From a virus (Duplodnaviria; Caudoviricetes): 25,280 bases of DNA. A model generated the notes under the pieces. The model did not search any database. It saw only the letters and a list, made by a program, of their open reading frames with translations, and was not told the origin of the DNA. Where the stretch lies: IMG/VR virus record IMGVR_UViG_3300032073_000227, positions 1-25,280 of that record; one strand, given 5' to 3'. Within the stretch, counting starts at the first letter, position 1; each line of letters begins with the position of its first letter. Below, piece by piece: positions 1 through 8,656 of this stretch. A program made the position numbers and the translations under genes.

Positions 1-248
<248 letters not shown>

Positions 249-1091
249 TTATTTTAAATTTAATGATTTTTTGTATGAACCACCGATGTTCCAAAATAAT
301 ATTTTACCATCTAGTGATTCAATGTTTTGTTCTAACCAATACCACATCTTTTTATCCCAAAATTCGTTACAATCAAATGGAACTGAATAATCTTCCATAA
401 AATCATTGAACTCAAATGGTGATTTATAGATATTGATATTGTTTAAATCTCCTGCCTTGTTTTCATTAAGAATCTTTTGAGTAGATTCCAATGATGACAT
501 TGTGATAGTGTGAACTTTTCTTTTGTTGTTAAGTAAATCTTTCCAATCTTTATATTGTAAGAATTCTTTAATCAAACCAGAAGCAGTTACACCACTACCG
601 ATAGATACAACAAGATGGTCAAAATCTTGTTCTTCTAATACTTGTTTCATTCTATCCCTCATATGGTTTACATATGCTGGATGATTGAATGCATATGGTA
701 ATTGTTGCCAACCATTCTTTTTTGCGATACCACCTAATTTATTTTCAAGCAGTTTCATCATATTTGGTTTCATTGGATTTAAAGTTGCACCATTACCTTT
801 GATGATTTCTAATATCTCTGGTGGATATGATTTAGAATCAGGATAAGATGAGATAAACTCAATACCATAATCTTTACACATCTTAGATAACGTCCAACCT
901 GTCCAACTTCCATATACTGAAAGATGTGTAAGTGGTTTTGATTTATCAATATAATCAGATTCTATAATCTTTCTTATACCTTCAATTTTAGCCCATCGTG
1001 GATAGTTTACACCATCCCCAACTAAATCATCTCTCTTGACATGAACTGTCTTTCCTTTTACTTTATATTCTTCTATTGGTGTTAGAACCAT
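249..1091 (-). CDS. PLP-dependent fold-type II enzyme (ACC deaminase/D-cysteine desulfhydrase-like)
   Basis: LTPIE...VHVKRDDL N-terminus, candidate Schiff-base Lys in WAKIEG, phosphate-binding loop VVSIGSGVTASG, C-terminal ILFWNIGG. Confidence 0.8.
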   Translation of the reverse strand: MVLTPIEEYKVKGKTVHVKRDDLVGDGVNYPRWAKIEGIRKIIESDYIDKSKPLTHLSVYGSWTGWTLSKMCKDYGIEFISSYPDSKSYPPEILEIIKGNGATLNPMKPNMMKLLENKLGGIAKKNGWQQLPYAFNHPAYVNHMRDRMKQVLEEQDFDHLVVSIGSGVTASGLIKEFLQYKDWKDLLNNKRKVHTITMSSLESTQKILNENKAGDLNNINIYKSPFEFNDFMEDYSVPFDCNEFWDKKMWYWLEQNIESLDGKILFWNIGGSYKKSLNLK

Positions 1092-2008
1092 TCGTGTTTT
1101 ATTTCTTTTTTTATTTTATTGTACTCAGATATAAGTTGTTTCTTTTCAACTCCAAATATTTCACAATGAAGTGTATTTATATCTCCCTTTTCTTTTTTGG
1201 TATGAAAGTTAGATTTGTTTTTTGCATTACCAAATCTCTCAAACTCGTCTTTAAATAATACATCAGTTACAAACCACTTTTTCTTTTCTTTCATTTTATC
1301 ATCTTCAAATTTGAAATTAGTTTGTTCATAATTTACATTCTGAAAATGTTTGTAGATACTTTCTGTTTGTAATGGTGTATCTAAAGTAACTCCATATGAG
1401 TTGATGTATTTTCTAATTGATACATGATTGTGAACATTACCATTAAAGTTTTTATCTTCATAACACATTCTACGATGGTCGTTATAGTGTTTATCAAAAT
1501 CTTCTCTCGTAACAACACCCTTTAACATATCTCTGTATTTTATACTAAGTTTTGCGTTTGTTTCATATATAACATCTTCATATAATCCAGCAACCAAATG
1601 TTTAGTTGAGATATGTTGTAACATATACCAATATGCATAACAACATTGAATATCTATTTTTCTTGATATTCCAATCCTATCGATACCATCTTTTATTATT
1701 TCAGAAGCTTCTTTCTTACCTATCTTAGGTATGTTTACAATTTCTAATGGAATACCATAACCCTTTGCAATCTTACGAGAGTAAATTAAATCATTTGTAT
1801 CGTAATCTTCTACTTGAAATGTAAGTAACTGAGATGGTTTCTTTCCTAATTCCATCAAACCATACAATAACATAGATGAATCTATACCAGCAGAAAATGA
1901 TAACGAGTAATCTTCTGGTATCTCTGATAATCTATCTAATAAAAGTTTTTTAAAATCCCATGCCCATTTTGGGTTATCATCGAATTTGAATGATTCGTGT
2001 ACTTTCAT
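1082..2008 (-). CDS. PP-loop ATP pyrophosphatase, asparagine-synthetase C-domain-like amidoligase, no glutaminase domain
   Basis: SLSFSAGIDSS PP-loop, followed by TFQV..DLIYSRKIAKGYGIPLEIV and LVAG, matching the AsnB synthetase-domain layout. Confidence 0.75.
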   Translation of the reverse strand: MKVHESFKFDDNPKWAWDFKKLLLDRLSEIPEDYSLSFSAGIDSSMLLYGLMELGKKPSQLLTFQVEDYDTNDLIYSRKIAKGYGIPLEIVNIPKIGKKEASEIIKDGIDRIGISRKIDIQCCYAYWYMLQHISTKHLVAGLYEDVIYETNAKLSIKYRDMLKGVVTREDFDKHYNDHRRMCYEDKNFNGNVHNHVSIRKYINSYGVTLDTPLQTESIYKHFQNVNYEQTNFKFEDDKMKEKKKWFVTDVLFKDEFERFGNAKNKSNFHTKKEKGDINTLHCEIFGVEKKQLISEYNKIKKEIKHEWF

Positions 2009-2703
2009 TTACCTAATACTTCTAATAACTTGATTGTTTTCTTTTTTTCATTATCCATATCACCGATATGACATGAACATGCAAGTGTAGTTACTTTTCC
2101 TAATTCTAATCCACTTTGTTTTGCAAGGAAGTGTCCCATCTCTGTTAGTGCAGTGTAATCTGCGTAACCACTTTTAGATACTCTATTTGAACGAAGAATT
2201 GATGTAAGGTATAATTTACCATTTCTTGGTTTTAAATCAATCATACACATACAAGGTTGTGAATATGGATTCCTTGCATCTTTCGTAGGGTCAAAGATAA
2301 TTAGTTCACATCTTTTTACTGCCTGTCCTCTACTTAGAATCTTGATTACATTTTCAACTTGGTTGAATTCTCCTTTCCAAGATACCATTCTACCCCAATA
2401 GGATTGATGCCAATGGTCTTTAATGTATTTATAATCCAATCCCTCTTCTTCTTCAAAGAATGGATTATCTGATTTCTTTTCTTGTGGTTCTAAGAAGGTA
2501 ACTGTTTTGGCAAAATCAATTCTATCATCACCCATCACTTCTCTGAAGTGTCCATCAAACCAATCATCTGATTTAAATTCTGTGATTTCAGTTACTACAT
2601 TGAGTTCTTCTGTAAGATTACCAACCTTAACACCATGTTCTAATAAATGTTTTGATACTTTCACCCAGGCATCTCCTGGCGATGTTGCTTCTATAACTGT
2701 CAT
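2005..2703 (-). CDS. Thymidylate synthase-fold protein (dCMP-modifying type suspected)
   Basis: YWGRM, NQVENVIKIL, catalytic QPCM, LYLTSILRSN, SCHI motifs. Start moved to ATG 2703, which forms an ATGA overlap with the upstream stop (the track start at 2715 is TTG). Confidence 0.85.
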   Translation of the reverse strand: MTVIEATSPGDAWVKVSKHLLEHGVKVGNLTEELNVVTEITEFKSDDWFDGHFREVMGDDRIDFAKTVTFLEPQEKKSDNPFFEEEEGLDYKYIKDHWHQSYWGRMVSWKGEFNQVENVIKILSRGQAVKRCELIIFDPTKDARNPYSQPCMCMIDLKPRNGKLYLTSILRSNRVSKSGYADYTALTEMGHFLAKQSGLELGKVTTLACSCHIGDMDNEKKKTIKLLEVLGK

Positions 2704-2900
2704 ATATGTGTCCAAGTTTTTCGTTTAACAATTTCTTCCACATTCCAAGTGGAAACTTTGAAATTACGAGCTATGATATTAGTAGAGAAACCCTTAGAAT
2801 AGAGTTCTCTTATTTGTCTCACTTGTTGAGATGTGAGTTTTGCTCTTGGATGAGATTCACCTCGTAACCTATTAGAGAAAAACCATAAGCTTTTCACCAT
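2700..2900 (-). CDS. Small HTH DNA-binding protein resembling the C-terminal domain of phage HNH homing endonucleases
   Basis: RGESHPRAKLTSQQVRQIRELY..G.STNIIARNFKVS..NVEEIVKRKTWTHI pattern; no nuclease domain. Confidence 0.7.
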   Translation of the reverse strand: MVKSLWFFSNRLRGESHPRAKLTSQQVRQIRELYSKGFSTNIIARNFKVSTWNVEEIVKRKTWTHI

Positions 2901-2916
2901 ATTTTTTAAATTTTAA

Positions 2917-2948
2917 GCTAATATAAGAATAATATTCGAGAATTCCAA
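2917..2948 (-). promoter_or_regulatory. Promoter TTGGA-N18-TATATTAGC (copy 1), upstream of the modification operon
   Basis: Same bipartite motif with the same 18-nt spacer in four upstream regions; resembles Bacteroidota -33 TTTG / -7 TAnnTTTG. Confidence 0.8.
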
Positions 2949-2956
2949 ATAAATTC

Positions 2957-3217
2957 CTATAAATTTTCATTAATTGTATTTGAGTAGGCCATTTCTGATT
3001 GTACACCTACTAATCTATTTACCTCAACTCCATCCTTTTCAACAATTACTGTTGGTACTGAACGTACATGATATTGTTGTGCAATTTGATATTGTGAATC
3101 AATATCAACATTTTCGAATGTTACTTGTCCAAATTTTGTTCGTACTTGTTCCATAATTGGAGTTAGAACTTTACATGGTCCGCACCATTCTGCGTAGAAT
3201 TTTTTTACTGTTATCAT
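2957..3217 (-). CDS. trxA: Thioredoxin
   Basis: WCGPC active site, VRSVPT cis-Pro motif; AAGGAG upstream. Confidence 0.95.
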   Translation of the reverse strand: MITVKKFYAEWCGPCKVLTPIMEQVRTKFGQVTFENVDIDSQYQIAQQYHVRSVPTVIVEKDGVEVNRLVGVQSEMAYSNTINENL

Positions 3218-3235
3218 AGTTTCTCCTTAAATTAT

Positions 3236-5017
3236 TTAACCATCACATGCAACACAATCAGGGTCAACCGCTCTTGTTGCGATATCACCTCTAAGAACTG
3301 ATTCAGTTCTCATATAATATAGAGTTTTGATTCCTTGTTTCCAAGCCTCCATAGTAACTTGATTAATCCACTTCGGTGATGCAATCGAAGGGAAAGCCAA
3401 ATTTAACGAAACAGATTGGTCAATGTACTGTTGTCTTATACCAGCTTGTTTAACCAAATCCATTTGATTGATTTCTTTGAATGTTCTAAAGACATCCTTG
3501 ACAGGGTAGATTTTTTCTCTATCACCATTCTCTATTTCATTACAGAGAACCATTTTACCATCTAAGTAACACCACTTATCTAGTTCTTTAATATCTTGTA
3601 CTGAACCACCATCTTCTAAAATCTTATCCCAAGTATCTTTATTATTAACACCGGCTTTTCTTAGAACTTTTACTAATTCGTTGTTCTTTCTAATAAAAGT
3701 TCCTTTAGAAGTTTGTTCAGTAAATACGTTTGCAGCCCATGGTTCAATACCAGCTGATACATTACCAGCTAATTTTGAATTGGATACTGTTGGTGCAACC
3801 GCTCTAAGGTGTGTGTTTCTGAATCCACTTTCTTTACACCATAGTGGTTCACCATATTCTGTTGCCAAATCTCTTGATGCTCTTTCTGATTCAATCTTTA
3901 ACTGAGAAAAAATCTTACGAGTTTCAAATTGAGCCTCCATACCTTCAAATGGAATACCATTTTGTTGTAGGTAAGTGTGCCATCCTAAAACTCCTAACCC
4001 TAATGCTCTACCCTTTTCAGCAGATGCAACAGAATGTTCGAATCCTTTCATGTTTTTAGCTTTTTGAATGAACTCAGAAAGTACTCCATCTAAGAACCAA
4101 GTTGCTGTATAAACTAAATCAGTATCTTTCCACTCATTATATCTAGCTAAGTTTACTGATGATAAACAACAAACAAATGAATGGTTCTCATCTGTATGTA
4201 AAGTGATTTCAGAACAGATGTTTGTCATGAATACTTTTAATCCATTTTTCTTATACATCTCAGGATTATTTTTATTAACATTCCCTTTGTACATGATATA
4301 TGGTTCACCTGTTGCTTTTCTCTTTTGAAGTAATTTTCCCCACTTTCTTCTAGCAGTTGGTTCAGCATCTTGAAGTTTTCTCATAAACTTATCACCAACA
4401 ATTGCACATTGATGTAAGTTAAGTGATTGTCTATTCACATCACCTTTTGGTTCTCTGATTTCTAACCACTCTTCGAAATCATCATGTTCTATATTGAGGT
4501 TAACTGAAGCAGCACCTCTTCTTACTGAACCTTGATTTGTAGCAAGGATTGTAGAATCGTAAATTTTAGCAAATGGTACAACACCATCACTCGTTCCATT
4601 TCCTGCAATTACAGAACCTGCTGGTCTGATTTGGTTGATTCCAATACCAACTCCACCACCATGTTTTGCAAGTAACATTAGTTCTAAGTTTTTAGAACCA
4701 ATATCATAAATCGAATCGGCAACATCAATACCAAAACAAGAAATAGGTAATCCCCTATCAGTGCCAGTATTTGAAAGAACTGGTGTTGCTAAATTCAACC
4801 AACCTTTCCAAATATAGTCAAAAAACTTAGTTGCCATTTGTGGTTTACCCAATCTTTGAGCAACTCTTGTTGCAACTCTCCAATAGGCATCTTTAGGTTT
4901 TTCACCAGGTAATAGATATCCTTTAGATATTGTTTTTACATATATTTCAGTATTACCCCATGAAGGAAAATCAACATCGATTTCCCAACCTAAATCTTCT
5001 CCGTAGTTTTTTGCCAT
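3236..5017 (-). CDS. nrdA: Ribonucleotide reductase class I alpha subunit (short form, no apparent ATP cone)
   Basis: ATPVLSN, ISCF, GGGVG, RRGA, NICSE, VCCLSS, APTVSNS, KTLYY and C-terminal CVAC. Confidence 0.97.
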   Translation of the reverse strand: MAKNYGEDLGWEIDVDFPSWGNTEIYVKTISKGYLLPGEKPKDAYWRVATRVAQRLGKPQMATKFFDYIWKGWLNLATPVLSNTGTDRGLPISCFGIDVADSIYDIGSKNLELMLLAKHGGGVGIGINQIRPAGSVIAGNGTSDGVVPFAKIYDSTILATNQGSVRRGAASVNLNIEHDDFEEWLEIREPKGDVNRQSLNLHQCAIVGDKFMRKLQDAEPTARRKWGKLLQKRKATGEPYIMYKGNVNKNNPEMYKKNGLKVFMTNICSEITLHTDENHSFVCCLSSVNLARYNEWKDTDLVYTATWFLDGVLSEFIQKAKNMKGFEHSVASAEKGRALGLGVLGWHTYLQQNGIPFEGMEAQFETRKIFSQLKIESERASRDLATEYGEPLWCKESGFRNTHLRAVAPTVSNSKLAGNVSAGIEPWAANVFTEQTSKGTFIRKNNELVKVLRKAGVNNKDTWDKILEDGGSVQDIKELDKWCYLDGKMVLCNEIENGDREKIYPVKDVFRTFKEINQMDLVKQAGIRQQYIDQSVSLNLAFPSIASPKWINQVTMEAWKQGIKTLYYMRTESVLRGDIATRAVDPDCVACDG

Positions 5018-5018
5018 T

Positions 5019-5438
5019 TTATATTAATTTTATTTGTGAAGAGTTTCCATAGTTACCGAAAATTTCTTCATCTTTATTTATTTCTTTTATTGCTATACCC
5101 GTTTTACTATCAACGTTTCCTTCTTCAAATTGTGTATTTATTAAACACAATGGCTCTGAAAATAAAAAATTACAATCCTTCGTTAATTTGAATCTAAGTT
5201 CAGAATTATCGTTAACTATATTATTTCCATAAGAACGAAGTATGTATGATAATACTTCTTTAGGTAACTGTTTGGATTCTCCAAACTTTATTTTATACCA
5301 ACCAGTTTCTCCTTTCCATATTGGAAAAACTTGTTCTCCTTTTTTTATATCAACCAATGCAAATAATCCAACTCCATGAACTTTGCTGGTTCTTTGATAA
5401 CTTTTAACTGAAGTATTTAAATAATCAAATGGGTTCAT
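5019..5438 (-). CDS. SET-domain protein (putative lysine methyltransferase)
   Basis: SKVHGVGLFALVDIKKGEQVF and IAIKEINKDEEIFGNYG SET motifs; the NHS motif is diverged to INTQ. Confidence 0.8.
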   Translation of the reverse strand: MNPFDYLNTSVKSYQRTSKVHGVGLFALVDIKKGEQVFPIWKGETGWYKIKFGESKQLPKEVLSYILRSYGNNIVNDNSELRFKLTKDCNFLFSEPLCLINTQFEEGNVDSKTGIAIKEINKDEEIFGNYGNSSQIKLI

Positions 5439-6015
5439 GTATTACATTTTTTTGAAATACACCATCTATAAAATAACTCCAATTACAATTATGTGTTTGT
5501 TCAATTACTTTTGGATAGTGTTCTCTATGAGGAGAATCTATCTTGAATTGAAAAGAATGTAAATCATTAGTATCTCTTAATACAAAGTAACTAAAAATTG
5601 ATAATACACAATTTTCATTTGAGATTAATTTTGCGTAATCTTCAAACTTAGAATAGTTAGAGTCATCATAAGTATCCATAAAGATACCATCAAACTTAAC
5701 ATCTAAAGATGGGATTACATCTATCCAATCTCCAAAATATAAATGAACATCATCTTTACCTTCAGCCCATTTCTGTGCCTCCTTAAAGATTTGTGGATTT
5801 GATTCTATACAATGATAATTACCAACCTTATTATAGATTGCATTAGCACTATATCCTAATCCGAATCCAATATCTAATACTTTTCCACCATTTTGTGTAA
5901 CTATATTAGAATACAATTCCATCAATTCTTTGGATACTACATCCATAACAATTTTAGAATCATCATCCGAATACGATATCCTCGTATCTGTTATTGTAAC
6001 CTTTTTGTTTTTCAA
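5425..6015 (-). CDS. Class I SAM methyltransferase, GAMT/Rmt2-like
   Basis: VM....ELM..Y...V..NGGKVLDIGFGLG, IESNPQI, GDWIDVIPSL, FDGIFMDTY. Start uncertain: TTG 6015 just after the nrdB stop is preferred; ATG 6051 is possible. Confidence 0.8.
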   Translation of the reverse strand: MKNKKVTITDTRISYSDDDSKIVMDVVSKELMELYSNIVTQNGGKVLDIGFGLGYSANAIYNKVGNYHCIESNPQIFKEAQKWAEGKDDVHLYFGDWIDVIPSLDVKFDGIFMDTYDDSNYSKFEDYAKLISNENCVLSIFSYFVLRDTNDLHSFQFKIDSPHREHYPKVIEQTHNCNWSYFIDGVFQKNVIHEPI

Positions 6016-6019
6016 ATTT

Positions 6020-7015
6020 TTAAAATAAATCGTCCCAATCCTCACCCTCATTTGCTTTAGAATAATCAGTAGGTCTAATAGCAAAGAAATCTGTGTGAGT
6101 ATGTCCGCCTGTAAGGTGATAGAACCATTCTAGTTTCTGTGATTTCTTTTTATCATATTCATGAATACCATCATATCCAAGTTCAACTAGTTTTGTATTG
6201 GTTCTTTCTTTAATAAATTCTTTTAAATCATCTGCTTCAAGATTTTCTAAATCACCCATCTCAAACATCTTATCGATGAATCGAGATTCTAATTCAATAA
6301 TCAATTTAGATGCTTCTTCAATTGATTCTCTACATTGTTCTAGTAATTCAGGATATTCTTCACACATATGTCTAAAGAGTTGACAACCCATACGAGAATG
6401 AAGAGATTCATCTCTTACACTCCACTTCATTTGTTGTCCTATTCCTTTGAGTTTATTTCTCATTTGGAATGAATAAAGAACAGCAAAGGAAGAGTAAAGT
6501 GAAACACCTTCAGCAAATGCTGAAAATATTGCTAAACTTCTACCTACTTCCTGTCTTGCTTTCTCATTTGTTTGTAAATCAGTATGTTTCCATTCTGCTG
6601 AAGTTTGTGTAAGTAATTCGAACTTCTCTGCAACTGCAGGTTCGTGTAGAAACGCTGAGAAATCATCCAACCCTAAAGTTTCATTTAAATATGAATATGC
6701 TGTTGCATGAATAGTTTCTTGTGAACCAAACATCATAGCCATCTGTCTTATCTCATGTTTAGGAAACCAATCAGTAACCATATTAGTCCAATAATCAGAA
6801 ACTGCACATTCAGTTTGTGCAAATCCTAATAGGATGTTACCAACTAAATTTTTCTCTGCAGGAGTTAAAGTTTCATTCCAATCTTTAACATCCATTTGCA
6901 TTGGTATCTCAGTATGTAACCAAAATGCTTGTGCTTGTTTTAACCAACCTTCGTTATAATATATTGGGTACTCGAACGGCTTGAAAGGGATTCTTTCGGT
7001 GAATAATTTGCTCAT
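6020..7015 (-). CDS. nrdB: Ribonucleotide reductase class I beta subunit
   Basis: FWLHTE, ETIHATAY (metal ligand and radical Tyr), EGVSLYSSF, RDESLH, DFFAIRPTDYSK. Confidence 0.97.
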   Translation of the reverse strand: MSKLFTERIPFKPFEYPIYYNEGWLKQAQAFWLHTEIPMQMDVKDWNETLTPAEKNLVGNILLGFAQTECAVSDYWTNMVTDWFPKHEIRQMAMMFGSQETIHATAYSYLNETLGLDDFSAFLHEPAVAEKFELLTQTSAEWKHTDLQTNEKARQEVGRSLAIFSAFAEGVSLYSSFAVLYSFQMRNKLKGIGQQMKWSVRDESLHSRMGCQLFRHMCEEYPELLEQCRESIEEASKLIIELESRFIDKMFEMGDLENLEADDLKEFIKERTNTKLVELGYDGIHEYDKKKSQKLEWFYHLTGGHTHTDFFAIRPTDYSKANEGEDWDDLF

Positions 7016-7031
7016 GTTCTATAACTTTGAA

Positions 7032-7202
7032 TTACTTAGTTTCTTCAACAGAAGCTTTTCTATAATCTGTTACTAATTTCTTGATTTCTCCTATTGCCTT
7101 ACGTGCTCTTGATTTAGAAGCCTTTGAAGTTCCATTGTGTTCATCTTCAAATTGTACGAATAGTTCTTTGATTTGTTCGAAAAGTTCTTGTGAATTTGCC
7201 AT
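7032..7202 (-). CDS. Histone H1-like (Hc1 family) small basic protein, 56 aa
   Basis: Manual translation MANSQELFEQIKELFVQFEDEHNGTSKASKSRARKAIGEIKKLVTDYRKASVEETK*; matches the Hc1 pattern KA...RARK....L.K....YRK.S. Below the ORF-track size cutoff. Confidence 0.8.
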   Translation of the reverse strand: MANSQELFEQIKELFVQFEDEHNGTSKASKSRARKAIGEIKKLVTDYRKASVEETK

Positions 7203-7297
7203 AATTTTTATTTTTTGTTTTAATGTGTTCGTGAATATAACTATTGTATATATCCAAAACCGAATAGGAATTTTTGAAATATTTTTTTTATTCTACA

Positions 7298-8656
7298 CTA
7301 TCCGAAATTTTCTACATACTTTTTGTGGAGTAATTGTCTCCTTTCCTTTTGACCAGAGGCTGATTCTTTGGTTGATAAGATACCTTCAGAAGAAGTTCCT
7401 TCATAAACTTCTATAAAACCTGTATTAGTATCCATCTTACATGGGAACGTAATTCCATCTGGTCCGAATCTGTTTTTCATGATATGTGCTCGGGCAGTAT
7501 TATTGAGTTTATCTTTACTCTTTCTACTCCAACTCATAATGAAATCAGCATTCATTACTTTTGCATATGAATCTGCTATTTTATCTGCTTCGATAACTTC
7601 AGAATCTATTGCCGAACGATTGGTTTGAGATGCAGTCCAAACAGGTATTCCCATTTCACCACTCAATCCTCTCAAATCTATATAAACTCCTCCTTGTTCT
7701 GCATAAGTAGAATCGGATTTGTTTGAATGAGAGAGAAGTAAATCTGCATAATCTACAATGATAACATCGGGCTTGTTATCTGTAGCAATCATCTTATCAA
7801 TGTGTTGTTGAATCTTTTTAACACTAACCCCTTTTGGTGGAAAGTATTTGATTAACAATTTACCTTGTAAGCCTGATATTTTGTTTTTTACTTCTTCTTT
7901 TTTATCTTTCAAATCTGCTGAAGGGATATGTGTAAATACAGTATCATATCTTTGTCCAACATAATGTTCAGATAATTCCATAGTGTAATGAACAACACTC
8001 AAACCTTGACGTACGGCTGATGCTCCTAAGGCTGTTAGTATCCAAGTTTTACCTACACCAGAAGGTGCAACTACAACTCCAAGTTCTCCAGGTCCTAATC
8101 CTCCATCCATCAAATCATTGATAGGTTTCCAATCAGAAGGAACTGTATCCCTTTTAACTTCATCAGCTCTAGAATCAAAATCATCTAAATAGTTGTGTCC
8201 TAAATCAGTTTCAGTACCAACCTTCATGGCTTTATCTACCAAATCTTTGATTCTATCAAAGTTACCCGCCTTTAGTAAATCAACTGATGCAAGGATTACT
8301 CCTTTTAAATTTTGGTTTCTACAAAAAGATGTGAATTCTTTTTTGATGTAATCTAAATCAACGTTACCTACTTGTGTAAATACGTGTCTTAGTTGTTCAA
8401 CAATAGTAGTTTTTAATACTTCATTATCAACCTTTGATAATTGTCCCTTAAATACATCTAGTGTTGGGGGTTTTCTAAATTCTTCGTGATAATCTAATAT
8501 CTCTCCTATTATCCATTTGTTTGCATCTGATTCAAAGAATTTGGGTGTAGTGATTTCACTAAGCATATCCAAAAACTTTTCATCGGTTAATAGTGCAGAT
8601 ACAACTTTACTTTGAAATGATTGCCCGAATTTCGATAAGTTGTCTATTTCTGTCAT
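7298..8656 (-). CDS. Replicative DnaB/gp41-like SF4 helicase
   Basis: Walker A APSGVGKT, HYTMEL, IIVDYADLL, WTASQTNR, IADSY, KNRFG. Confidence 0.95.
   Translation of the reverse strand: MTEIDNLSKFGQSFQSKVVSALLTDEKFLDMLSEITTPKFFESDANKWIIGEILDYHEEFRKPPTLDVFKGQLSKVDNEVLKTTIVEQLRHVFTQVGNVDLDYIKKEFTSFCRNQNLKGVILASVDLLKAGNFDRIKDLVDKAMKVGTETDLGHNYLDDFDSRADEVKRDTVPSDWKPINDLMDGGLGPGELGVVVAPSGVGKTWILTALGASAVRQGLSVVHYTMELSEHYVGQRYDTVFTHIPSADLKDKKEEVKNKISGLQGKLLIKYFPPKGVSVKKIQQHIDKMIATDNKPDVIIVDYADLLLSHSNKSDSTYAEQGGVYIDLRGLSGEMGIPVWTASQTNRSAIDSEVIEADKIADSYAKVMNADFIMSWSRKSKDKLNNTARAHIMKNRFGPDGITFPCKMDTNTGFIEVYEGTSSEGILSTKESASGQKERRQLLHKKYVENFG

Noticed and set aside
1082-2008. QueC / 7-deazaguanine pathway assignment for the PP-loop protein
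   Set aside because: No QueC C-terminal Cys zinc cluster, and no folE, queD, queE or dpdA in the window.
5019-6084. Intron, intein or homing endonuclease at the nrd locus
   Set aside because: nrdA and nrdB are each intact and uninterrupted; the intervening ORFs carry methyltransferase motifs, not nuclease or splicing motifs.
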